Shown: in pieces, positions 9,208 to 21,863 of the stretch
Position numbering within the stretch: position 1 is the first letter of the stretch
Layout: every line of letters begins with the position of its first letter
Source of the DNA: an uncultured Prolixibacteraceae bacterium
GTDB lineage: Bacteria; Bacteroidota; Bacteroidia; Bacteroidales; Prolixibacteraceae
Direction: 5' to 3'
Length of the DNA stretch: 64,000 bases
NCBI GenBank assembly: GCA_963849985.1
Contig: CAWKJY010000029.1
Span: forward strand, 140,114-204,113
Made by a program: the position numbers and the translations under genes
The notes under the pieces: model-generated
Told to the model about the DNA's origin: nothing
The model's input: only the letters and a program-made list of their open reading frames with translations
The model's database searches: none

Positions 9208-10128
9208 TCTTTATTTCCATTCTGTTTAAAACATAACCTTGATATTTTATTACCATCATATTGCGTGTCAATTATCTCGATATCTCGCAAACTACTTGTG
9301 GGTAATGTTAATTTATTAATGAACTCCCATTTATTAAAAGTTGCCATGCCAACCGTGCCTTCTAAAACCTGGAATATTTTCGCACTGTCAATAATCATGT
9401 TGTCCAGATTTTCGCGATGTTTCAGCCAGTCGGTAATATTACTGGTAGAAAGGTAATGGATCATCAAAGCATAGTCATCGGGTTTCAATTTTATGTTTTC
9501 TGTCCGGTTAAATTTGTTCAGCGTTCTTATAATTGTATCGGTATGATAATAAGGTGTTTCAACAACAAAATTAATAACGCGCTCATGGGTTTTGATAGTA
9601 AAACATCCACTACTGTCACACAAATAATTCACCGGCGACTCATTCGATAAGACAGTAATTTCAATCACACCATTGTTTACCGGCTCTTTGGTATAACTGT
9701 CATAGAAACAAAAATTATAAACCTGTGTGTACATATAAATTAAATCCCAGATAAAAAATCAATAAAATAATAATGGTGATAAAAGGAATCAAGTATAATA
9801 CACGATTTGATTTGTCGGGCTGCAAATCATTTTTCAAATCTTTATTTGAAAATTTAAACTCATCCCAGTTTCTGTATCCGACATATTTGGATAAAAAATT
9901 CAGTATGTCAATCCTTGGAAGTTTCGAATTCCCCGATTTCATATGAGTATAAAACCACTTTTCACTTATATTTTCATGTTGTTTAATTCTTAATTCATCC
10001 TGAAAATCAATGATATTTTGTCCTTTCCAATCAGTAATTGCATCAGGTATTTCCGGATACGATTGTTTCATTTCTTCAACAATCTTCTCTTTGAGCAGTT
10101 CGAAATATTTGTTTTCTGAAAATCCCAT
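9204..10128 (-). CDS. Bitopic membrane protein of about 310 aa (N-terminal soluble domain, TM, extracytoplasmic domain), split by one apparent +1 indel near 9730
   Basis: ORF 9715-10128 (...ISEKWFYTHMKS...LPRIDILNFLSKYVGY...TM) and ORF 9204-9734 join at GGATTTAATTTA(T)ATGTAC. Confidence 0.65.
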
Positions 10129-10172
10129 AAAATCTTAATCAGGATATAACTCATCGAACAATTAAAACCAGT

Positions 10173-10200
10173 TTACAAGATGATTACAAACGTTTTACAA
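10173..10200 (+). promoter_or_regulatory. Three TTACAA direct repeats with exact 11-bp period in a divergent intergenic region
   Basis: TTACAA at 10173, 10184 and 10195. Confidence 0.55.
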
Positions 10201-10260
10201 AGATTGAGTCAATTGGTCAGCTTAAATTGAACCTGGTTTTTAATCTAAAAAATTAAAGTT

Positions 10261-11377
10261 ATGAAAAAATCGTCAATTAATTTTAAAGGGATTAAATCAT
10301 CAGGATTTCGATTTCTGAGAATTGGTTTAATGATCAGTCTTCTATTAAATTTAAGTCTGGTTTTCGCTTCATGCAATAAATCAGATGACAAAGCAGTAAT
10401 TCAAGCTTTCGAAATGAGAATGAATGGAAAATCGGATCAGGCAAAAGAAATGCTTTTAACTATTATAAAAGAAGATCCGAAAAATGCGCTGGCGCAATAT
10501 GAACTTGCACGTACAGTGAATTATATGAATATGATTCCAACTGAAGAAGCGTCAAAAGCTATGAAAACTGGCTAAAGATCTCGAACCTGACAATTTAATT
10601 TATGCCTTTGGTTATGCTAAAAACTGTTTTCTTGAAGCATTTATGGCAATGCAACAAGGGACTGGAGACGTAAAGGCTCTTATTGGCAAAACCTGCGACG
10701 AATTTAATAACACACTGAAACTAGATCCAGGTTATCACGAAGCATTAATGTACCTGGTAGAAATTTACGGAATGCTGCCGGAAGAAATGGGCGGCGATAA
10801 AACCAAAGCTGAAACCTACACTCAAAAGCTGGAAAAGCAGGACAAATTTTTCGGAGCAAAAGCCCGGCTGGTAATGATGCCCGAAGGAACAAATATGATT
10901 GAATATTGGAAGAATTATATCAGTAAAAATGGAGAAAGCCCGGAGGCATTAAATGTATTAGGTTCAGCTGCTCTTTTGAACGATGATTTGGAAACGGCAA
11001 AGGAAAGCTTTATAAAAGCGATGACGATAGACAAATCACAGAATATACGGTTGCTCGATCTTGCCCGGTTTCACATGATGAAAGTAATGCAAAACCGGGA
11101 TGCTGGCACCGAAGAACTTCCAAAATCAAAAGCATACATTGAACAATATCTTGGTTCTATTCCAGAACCTATTATCCCATTAAAAGCTTATGCTTTAGGG
11201 ATGAAAATTAACATAGAAAGGTTTTTAGGGAATAATGCTGAGGCTGAAAAAGCAATGAACGATGCCAGTGCTTTGGATCCTCATTTTTCACGTGCTTTCG
11301 GAATACCGTTATTATCACAGTTTGAGCCACCAACAAAACCGGATCATCAGTTTGTATCCTTTTTCAGTCCTTTTTGA
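10261..11377 (+). CDS. Exported tetratricopeptide-repeat protein (probable lipoprotein), frameshifted near 10570
   Basis: Signal ending VFASC and helical repeats (DPKNALAQYELA, LDPGYHEALMYL). The two track ORFs are bridged by ...KDLEPDNLIYAFGYAK in a shifted frame. Confidence 0.7.
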
Positions 11378-11531
11378 TTTAGCACAATAGTAAAACACTT
11401 GCTGTTATGTAAGAAATTATTTCGTAAATTGAATAAAACTAAAATCAGATCTTTGGATTTATAACATTATATTCCCTTAATTCAGTTGATCCTCAACGTT
11501 TTTATTACTTAAACCTAATTATTTTAATCGA

Positions 11532-13888
11532 ATGAAAATCAATGAGCCTGAAAAACATGAACTCCTGGAAAAACTGAACCAATTATTGAAAAGACAATCG
11601 CAGTTCCAACAAGAGATCAATGAATTACAACGACAAATAATTTCGCTAAATGTTTCCGAACTAAAATCGGAGGAAATATCAGAATCCTCTTTAAAAAAAC
11701 AAACGCAACAAAAATCTTCTGCAGAAATAATTACCAGAAAAACTTATTTTGAACAGTTGAATCATCAAGCAAAGAAGCCTGAAAAAGAACGAACGAAAAC
11801 GGGAATAAATGCTGAAATTGAAAAATTTATTGGCGAAAACCTCATTAATAAAATTGGAATCGCTGTTTTAATCATTGGCGTCGGAATTGGTGCAAAGTAT
11901 GCGATCGACAACAACCTCATTTCACCTTTGGTGCGAATAATTCTCGGCTATCTTATTGGTGGAATCCTGGCCTTGTTCGCAATCCGGCTTAAAAAAAGAT
12001 ATTTCAATTTTAGTGCTGTACTTTTTAGCGGTGCCATGGCTATCTTTTATTTCATCAGTTATGCAGCTTACACATACTACAATTTGTTCCCATATGCATT
12101 TGCTTTTGTGCTTTTGGTTGTATTCACTGTTCTCACGGTTGCTCTGTCCCTTTATTATAATCGACAGGTAATTGCGCACTTTGGTTTGGCTGGCGCTTAT
12201 ATCGTACCGTTTATTCTATATTCCCCGGTTTCGAGCGCAGTGGTTTTGTTTACGTATATGGTAATTATCAACCTTGGCATTTTATTTATTTCGACAAAAA
12301 AACAGTGGAAACCACTGAATTACGTTGCATTTGTTGCAACATGGGCGATATTTTTCTCGTGGTTCGCCTCTAAAAATTATAATAACCAACTCGGGATTGC
12401 ACTCACTTTCGCTTCGTTGTTTTTTATCATTTTTTACCTGGTTTTTTTATCGTACAAACTGATCCTGAAAGAAAAATTAAGGATTGACGATATTGCATTC
12501 TCTACTATTGAATTCTGCCATACTTTATATTGGTTGGCTATGTTGCTATCGATGCACAGGAAAGCGCCAAAGAATATCTGGGATTGTTCACAATGATTAA
12601 TGCATTTTTACATGGATTAACATGCTATCTTATTTATAAATCAAAACCAGAAGATAAAAACCTTTTTTACTGGACAATAGGAATTGTTATTGCATTTTTC
12701 ACCATCACAATTCCGGTGCAGTTTAACAGTTTCTACACAGCAATATTATGGTCGGTTGAAGCAGCTTTTATTTACTTATATGGAAAAAGTAAAAAAATAA
12801 ACGTTTATGAAATAATATCTTACATCATCATTTTTCTTACTGCAATAATCACTACAGTAAACTGGTCTTCCATAACGTACAATTTTTATCGTGGAGATAT
12901 TGAAAAACTGTTCACACCCATTTTCAATATGGAATTTTTATCATCTTTCATGGTAATTTTATCCTTTTGTTTTATTTTCTATTTAAATGTAAAATCTAAA
13001 ATCAGCAGTGAAAAGGAATTACCTTCACCCAACTTTTTTGACGTTATTTTTCCCCTATTGTTGATTTTCATTATTTATTTTACTTTTTATACCGAAATAT
13101 CACTTTACTGGAATAACATTCAAATAGAGACTTCTTACGAATCAACATCACAAGGCATTTGGATAAAACAATTCGACAAATTAAATTCTGATGTTACAAA
13201 ATTTATGGCACTATGGCTTATTAATTACTCTTTATTATTTTTCTCCATTCTATCTTTTGTAAATTTCAAATGGTTTAAAAACAAAAATTTCGATGCGTTT
13301 GTTCTCGTAATGAATTTTATCCTAATAATCGTGTTTTTGGGATCCGGTTTGAATCATTTGGCACAGCTTCGTGAAAGTTATTTAAGCACCATTCTACCCA
13401 CAAATTACGCCGTAAGTATTTATCACGTATTGATCCGGTATATTTCGTTTGCATTTTTTGCATTGATTCTTTACTCAACTTTTCGGTTTGTAATTTCCCG
13501 TATCTCAAATAAGATTTTCAATAATATTTTTGAAATTGTATTATGTATATCAATTGTATGGATTAGCAGCAGCGAATTAATTCAGTGGCTTTATCTTTCG
13601 GGCTCTACCGAAATATATACATACGGCCTCAGTATTTTATGGGGAGTTTTTTCATTGATTTTTATCATTTATGGCATCTGGAAGAAGAAAAAACACATCC
13701 GAATATCCGCCATGGCACTTTTGGGAGTAACACTAATCAAGCTCTTCTTTTACGATTTAACCAACCTGAAAACGGTACCAAAAACCATTGTTTTTATCTC
13801 AATCGGTATTCTTGTTTTTGATTATTTCATTTCCTTATACAACAAATACAAAAAATTAATATTTCCTGAATATGATAAACCGAATTAA
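11532..13888 (+). CDS. DUF2339-family large membrane protein, frameshifted at about 12520-12560
   Basis: N-terminal coiled coil, EKFIGENLINKIGIAVLIIGVG, LFSGAMA, many TMs, and a C-terminal TLIKLFFYDL motif. Confidence 0.82.
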
Positions 13889-13890
13889 GA

Positions 13891-14103
13891 GAAGAAATCA
13901 ATTTGGGTTAAGACAATGAAGATGATGATTTGAAGAGATTGGATTATGGAGTAACGGCAGGGGTTGGAATAGCGATTAAATCTATCCAAATTGGCTTAAC
14001 ATATGGTTTGGGAGTAGCTAATATTTCAGCTTACATTGATGACGGAGATAAGGTAAAAAATAAAGTTTTAGGAATTTCATTGGGTTATAAGTTTGGAAAA
14101 TAA
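13891..14103 (+). pseudogene. 3' remnant of an outer-membrane beta-barrel (porin-family/PorT-like) gene
   Basis: Manual translation EEINLG*DNEDDDLKRLDYGVTAGVGIAIKSIQIGLTYGLGVANIS...KNKVLGISLGYKFGK*. It has an in-frame stop, no start codon, and an aromatic C-terminal barrel signature. Confidence 0.7.
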
Positions 14104-14172
14104 TTAAAACAGATTCAATAATACAAGAATTCAAAATTAATCAGGATAGGTTATAATTTAATATTTATTCAT

Positions 14173-15479
14173 ATGAAAAAATATACGCTATTAGTAATGT
14201 TAATATTTATCTGTTTCCACAGTATAGCCCAGTGGAATTTCGTGGGCCCGGCAGGAATTTCAAATGCATGGACTGTGGATAATGATATTAAAACTGATAC
14301 AAGTGGAAACCCCGTAATCATATTTTATGAAAATTTAAATGCATATAAAGCTTCATGCTTAAGATTTAACGGGACTCAATGGGAGCAGGTGGGTATATCA
14401 ACTTTTAATAATTTCTCTATCGAATATTTACTTGATTTTGAGATCGATAATAAAAATAACTATTACATACTCTATCTTGATCCTGACTATAAAACTTCTT
14501 GTATAAGGTTCAACGGAAACTTATGGGAGTTTGTGGGTTCTCCTTATATCTCAACCGAATATTCACCATACAAATCCTTAGCTATTGATACCGCAGGAAT
14601 AGTATATGTTGCTCTTACAAACCCAATCAGGCTTTTCCATTGTAAAAGAAAATGGCGAAAGCTGGATACCAGTCTCCGTTAAAGGACTTCCAGGTGTAGA
14701 TCGTTATTTCGACCTTGTATTTGATAACGAAAACATTGCTTTTCTAGGCTATTGTGGCATGAATGGAATGATCCCTAATTGCGCAAAATTGCTGAATGAT
14801 AATTGGGTATCGGTGGGAAGCGCTATTTCCTCAACATACTTTGCCACTGAAACTCATTTACTAATTACAAAAGACCATCAAATGTATATGGGATTTTTGC
14901 ATCAGGATATGGGATTCTACAAATATGATGTTCAGGCCAATACGTGGATAAATATTGAAACCGCCGGTTTGGGAGAATACTTTGCGGGTATTGAAGATAT
15001 TGTTTCAGATTCGAATTCCAATATTTATATTTCAATATGGAGTGACAGGGCAAGATGCTTTAAATATAGTGGCTCCGGTTGGGAACAAATGGGCAGTTCT
15101 GGTATTTCTGAAGCTGATGCAGGTTATCCAAGTATTGCAATTAATAAAGATGATATTTTATATGCAACTTACAATGATTGGATAAGTGGCAAAGCAGTGG
15201 TCAAAAAATATGTAACCACCACCGGCATTGATAATGTTTTGATAGACGATTTGTTTAACATATATCCAAATCCTGTAAAAGACCATTTCTGTATTGAATT
15301 GACAGGTCAGAAATTTGCAGTTACGGTATCTAATGCAAATGGTAAACTTGTTTTTGAGAATACCAGTGGCTTTAATAAAATTGAAATTGATGCAAATGTA
15401 TTTGGATAAAGGAATATATATTGTGAGAGTTAAGTCCGGTAATGGAACTTTCCATTATCAAAAACTAATTGTTATGTAG
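14173..15479 (+). CDS. T9SS-secreted repeat (beta-propeller-like) protein with type A C-terminal sorting domain; frameshifts near 14620 and 15405
   Basis: Signal peptide, W-x-x-V/M-G repeats, and a CTD: IYPNPVKD...LDKGIYIVRVKSGNGTFHYQKLIVM* (the last part in a shifted frame, ending at 15479). Confidence 0.82.
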
Positions 15480-15546
15480 AAAATTCAAAGAGAAAATTTA
15501 TCAATATTGTATTTTATTTAAATAATTTAACCAATAAATTTTGAAA

Positions 15547-15939
15547 ATGAAAAAAACAAATTCTTTTAATAGTATTCGTTGGACGGCTCGCATTATCGGA
15601 ACTTTAATTGTTGCGTTTACTTTATTCATAGGTATTGCCGAAAATTTTGATGGCCTCAACAGGGTTGACGCATCAGCTTCGGATACATTTGGCACCTTAA
15701 TGATAATAACATTTATATTTTGGGGTGTCGGGCTTGCCGGACTACTTCTCGCTTTATGGAAGGAGGGTTTAGGAGGAATTGTTTCATTGTTAAGTTTTAT
15801 CATTTTTATGATACTTCTGGGTATTAATCCAAATCCTGACGTAAGATTTATGAGTGTGCTTTTTATTTTTCTGATTCCTTCATTACTATATTTAATTTAT
15901 TGGTGGCTAAAAAGGAATTCTTCAAATAAAATTTCATAA
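15547..15939 (+). CDS. Small hypothetical membrane protein (about 4 TM)
   Basis: MKKTNSFNSIRWTARIIG...GLLLALWKEGLGG; hydrophobic helices. Confidence 0.7.
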   Translation: MKKTNSFNSIRWTARIIGTLIVAFTLFIGIAENFDGLNRVDASASDTFGTLMIITFIFWGVGLAGLLLALWKEGLGGIVSLLSFIIFMILLGINPNPDVRFMSVLFIFLIPSLLYLIYWWLKRNSSNKIS

Positions 15940-16048
15940 TAAGTAATTAAACATAACTTAATATTCATGATTTCTGCAAGCCAACAAAAAACTTTAACAA
16001 AGTCAATAGAAGGTAGACTTCCATGATGCCAAAATAAAATATAAACAC

Positions 16049-16852
16049 ATGAACAAATCATTTTTAATAAGTATTGGTATTTTTCTTATGAGTAGTTCCA
16101 TCCTACATGCCCAGGATACTCTGCTTAATAGAAAATCGCTATGTTTCCCCACTAAAAAATATGGAATATGCATTGGAAATTCTTATGAGTTTAACGGAAT
16201 AAGAATAAATTTTGCGGATGAAAATGTAAAAATAATTAATGGCTTAAATATCACTTTCGGGTTCAGGAAATTTAAAAACGAAAATGCTGTTGTAAACGGT
16301 ATTAGTATTGGTGTAATGCCCGTTGCTGGTGCCATGCAACCCATTAATATAGGGCTGATAGGAGTTGGAACCGCGAAAAATAATTTGAATGGATTTTCAA
16401 TCGGAGGAATATTGGTTGGTCAGGTGGTAATATTAATGGATTATGTTTAAGTGGATTAGCAACAATGGCTGATGGCGACAATTCAGAGATATCAGGTTTA
16501 ATTATATCGGGAATAGGGATAGGAGCTCATAAGGCAATAAATGGGTTAGCACTTGGTGGACTTGCAGTTGGCACCGATGGAAATATCAACGGGATTGCAT
16601 ACGAGTTTGACCTACTTATCTACCGGAAATAATTTTAAAGGATTGGCGGTTACAGCCGGATATCTGAATTCCAAAATATTTAGTGGGGTAGCTATTGCTG
16701 GATATAATAATACTACTCAAATGAATGGATTATCTTTTGCATTGTTTAACCGAACAAAAGAATTACATGGAGTTCAATTAGGACTTTTAAATTTTGCTGC
16801 GAATAATCCAAAATGGATGAAATTAATTCCCCTTATTAATTTCCATTTTTAA
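16049..16852 (+). CDS. LA_2272-like Gly/Asn repeat exported protein; frameshifts near 16425 and 16600
   Basis: Signal peptide, repeated NG(L/I/F)x(I/L)xG units, C-terminal HGVQLGLLN...IPLINFHF. Confidence 0.65.
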
Positions 16853-16908
16853 AATAATATAGAAGGAATTTATGATTTAACCAGTTAAATAAAAGGAGGA
16901 ACCAAATT

Positions 16909-17314
16909 ATGATCGAACATGTACACAAACACATTACGTCGGAGTTGCAGCAAAACACAAAAACCGATATCATTTTTATTCTGTCGGCAATTGTTTTAAA
17001 CCTGATTATACTTGGCAGTTAATTCAGGATTTGTTGAAAAATCGCGCAGCGATGAAACTTATATGTTAATTATGTTTTTATTTGTTGGCCTGTTAATATT
17101 ACTTAACCTGGTCGTTATTTTCGGATTAATGAAAGGTAAACAAACAAGGACAAAACTAATTAATGGTTTGATGAAAATGTACCAGGACCAAAATGTGGAT
17201 AAATATTACGATTCATCGCTACTTGGAAATTACAATACCCGTTACAATTTATTTATGATGGTAGTTGTGTTAACAGGCTTAATATCCATTATTGTGCCGT
17301 TTGTGATGCGTTAA
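16909..17314 (+). CDS. Hypothetical 3-TM membrane protein; one indel near 17010
   Basis: MIEHVHKHITSELQQNTKTDIIFILSAIVLNLI joined to LAVNSG...KQTRTKLINGLMKMYQD; preceded by AAGGAGGA. Confidence 0.7.
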
Positions 17315-17316
17315 AT

Positions 17317-18352
17317 CTATTTTCTTAATATCACCATTGTAGCTCCATATCCATATTCCTGAAACGAAGCATCGTGAAACTGATATTTCGGGAATTTCGA
17401 TTTGAGCAGTTTGGCAATTTCCTGTTTTAAAACGCCCTGACCAACTCCGTGAATAAAAATAATTTTTTTTACACCAGATTGAATTGCCAGCCTTCATTTC
17501 CGATTCTACTTTTTCCTTCTGCAACTGAAGCATATCGAGTTTACTTAGCCCGTAAGCATCATCCATCATCCTGTTAATATGTAAATCAACTTCAACAACT
17601 TCCGTTATTTGCTTTTTTACCTGTTTCTCCTCTGGTTTCTTTTGATTTTTGCTGAACTACTTTTTTAAATCTTCTTCTGTTAGTTTATCAATCTCGTTGA
17701 TAAGAATATTTGGTGTAATTTGAAATACCATCGCATGTTTATTAAAGAATACGTTGGGCTGGAAACTTTTCTCTTTATAAAATTTCACCGGACTAACCTT
17801 GAATTTCTTCACTACTGCCGGATGTAGTTCCTTTTCATTCTCTGAAAAATAAAGCAATTGAAAAACAAAGTCAGGCAAATCGGTTAAATCATTTTGGTCG
17901 ATACTTTCCAGCTCCACTTTTGAATTGGGTTGAACGGATCCAAATTTAACCAGTTTATATTTTTCTTCCTGAAAATGAGAATACTGAAAAAGCACCATAA
18001 AATTGCTGTCATTAATCAACCACAATTTTGTTTCTCCTGCTAATGGATTTTTTGGATCATCAGGGACAAAACAGAAATAAAAATCGGGTGATTCTTTTCC
18101 AGCCAGTTTCATTCCCTGTGTTTGATGCGAAACTGAATGTTGCTCTTTTATTTCGGGTTCTGTTTTTGGCTCCGGAGTTCCACCTTTTTCCAGTCGTTCA
18201 ACTTCTGTAATATTTACCAGTTGTGATATCAGGTAAGGAATTTCAAACCCGTTTTTATCTTCCACATTCACTGTGGTTTTATTTACAAAACTCGTTACTA
18301 CTCCTCCACCAACATCATTCAAAAATCTTACCTTATCCCCTATTTTTATCAT
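17317..18352 (-). CDS. DUF2027 + Smr domain protein; frameshifts near 17660 and 17485
   Basis: MIKIGDKVRFLNDVGGG at the N-terminus; C-terminal EVDLHI...IFIHGVGQGVLK...DASFQEYGYGAT Smr motif. Confidence 0.85.
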
Positions 18353-18390
18353 TTCTGAAATTTTTCTGCAAAAGTACAATTTATAAATTC

Positions 18391-18479
18391 CTTTGTGAAC
18401 TCTTTTTTACTTCACGGTGTACCTTTGTGAAATAATTATTACACAAGGTTCCTCAAAGAAAACGCAGAGTTGCACAAAG
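18391..18479. repeat. Imperfect nested palindrome (CTTTGTG...CACAAAG type) between divergent promoters
   Basis: CTTTGTGAACTC/GAGTTGCACAAAG outer arms and ACCTTTGTG/CACAAGGT inner arms. TACTTTTG -7 elements flank it at 18369-18376 (-) and 18488-18495 (+). Confidence 0.45.
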
Positions 18480-18514
18480 AAAAATATTACTTTTGCCCCA
18501 CTAAAAACAAAATT

Positions 18515-19728
18515 TTGAGTTCGTACAAAAAGATAAAGATTACGGATTTTATATACGAATTACCCGATTCGAGAATTGCAAAATATCCACTTCAAAACCG
18601 TGATGAATCGAAATTACTGGTTTGGCAAAATGGACACATAAATCAGGATACATTTAAAAATATTCCCCATTATTTACCTGAAAAATCATTGCTTGTTTTT
18701 AATAATACAAAGGTTATTCATGCGCGAATGTTTTTTCAAAAAGAGACAGGTGCGAAAATCGAAATCTTTTGTCTTGAGCCTGTTTCACCTTCAGATTACC
18801 AAATTGCTTTCCATGAAACCCAAAGAGTAACATGGAATTGCATGCTGGGAAACGCAAAAAAATGGAAAGAAGGTGCATTGGTAAAATCGATTCAAATTGA
18901 GGGAAAATCAATTGAGATTAGAGCTAATAAAGTTGCTCAAAATGGTAACTCGTATGAAGTTGAGTTTTCCTGGAGCGGTGGTTTTTCTTTTGCTGAAATT
19001 ATTGAACAAGCCGGGATTCTGCCCATTCCTCCATATTTAAACCGCGAAACGGAAGAGTCGGACGAAAAAACCTACCAAACCATTTATGCAAAAATTGACG
19101 GATCGGTGGCTGCCCCAACTGCGGGATTACATTTTACCGATCAGGTTTTTACTCAGCTTTCAGAAAAGAATATTGACACCAAAGAAATTACGCTACATGT
19201 TGGAGCCGGTACTTTCCAGCCAGTGAAATCGGAAACCATTTCAGGCCACAACATGCATCACGAAATGGTAATTATCCCCAAATCGGTTATTGAAGATATG
19301 CTGGCATCACCAGGCAAAATTGTCGCCGTTGGAACTACTTCAGTGCGTTCGCTGGAAAGTTTATACTGGCTTGGATTGCAACTGGAAAACAAGAACGATT
19401 TTAATGGACTGCCTGTAGTAAAACAATGGGAACCCTACGAAACTGCAAACAGCAATTCCGATTGAAAAAGCATTGCAGAACCTGATAAACTATTTAGATC
19501 AAAACCGGGAAAGATGAAATTCAATTTTCCACTCAAATCATTATTGTTCCGGGATATGATTTTAAACTGATAAAAGGAATGATTACCAATTTTCATCAGC
19601 CACAAAGTACGCTACTGCTTTTAATCAGCGCTTTTCTGGGAGATGAATGGAAAAGAGTGTACGATTTTGCACTGAAGAATGATTTCCGTTTTCTGAGTTA
19701 TGGCGATAGTAATTTATATCTAAAATAA
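18515..19728 (+). CDS. queA: S-adenosylmethionine:tRNA ribosyltransferase-isomerase; frameshift near 19460
   Basis: LLVFNNTKVIHAR, PIPPYLNR, YQTIYA, GSVAAPTAGLHFT, LHVGAGTF, AVGTTSVR; the C-terminal NFHQPQSTLLLLISAF...FLSYGDS is in a shifted frame. The TTG start at 18515 is inferred from the promoter position. Confidence 0.92.
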
Positions 19729-19729
19729 A

Positions 19730-19945
19730 ATGGGAAATACAAATACGGACGGAACCCAACGAAAAAACATTCAAATTGGCGATGAAGTTGAAATTGTTCA
19801 AAAACATCATCAGCGGACTGGTGAGCTTACTGACGGAATTGTAAAACGAATTTTAACCAAATCTTCAAATCATCCTCACGGGATAAAAGTCATGCTCGAA
19901 ACAGGAGAAGTTGGCCGCGTAAAAAGAATCATACCAGAAGGTTAA
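19730..19945 (+). CDS. YwbE (DUF2196) family protein
   Basis: IVQKHHQRTGELTDGIVKRILTKSSNHPHGIKVMLETGEVGRV. Confidence 0.88.
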   Translation: MGNTNTDGTQRKNIQIGDEVEIVQKHHQRTGELTDGIVKRILTKSSNHPHGIKVMLETGEVGRVKRIIPEG

Positions 19946-20055
19946 CAAAGAGCTTCTTATATTATTCACAGTTAACAATTCAATTATCTTATCCTCTTTT
20001 CTAAATTATATTCCCATAACTCTAAATTAATGGTTACGTTTGCAGCCTTTTATAA

Positions 20056-21696
<1,641 letters not shown>

Positions 21697-21863
21697 TTTC
21701 AGTCGCTGATTATTGCAAACTATTATTTGATATTCGATTTCAATCAAATATTCTGTCAAAATAAAGCTGACAAAGAATCTCTTTCTATTCAGAAAAAAAA
21801 CAAAAACATCCTTTGTTTCATCTAAAAAGCGTTTTATTTGTTATTGAATTAATTACATGAATT

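Noticed and set aside
15970-16010. GCCAAC after the 15547-15939 gene as another attC start
   Set aside because: There is no complementary arm, no closing GTT and no matching GTTGGC upstream of the gene.
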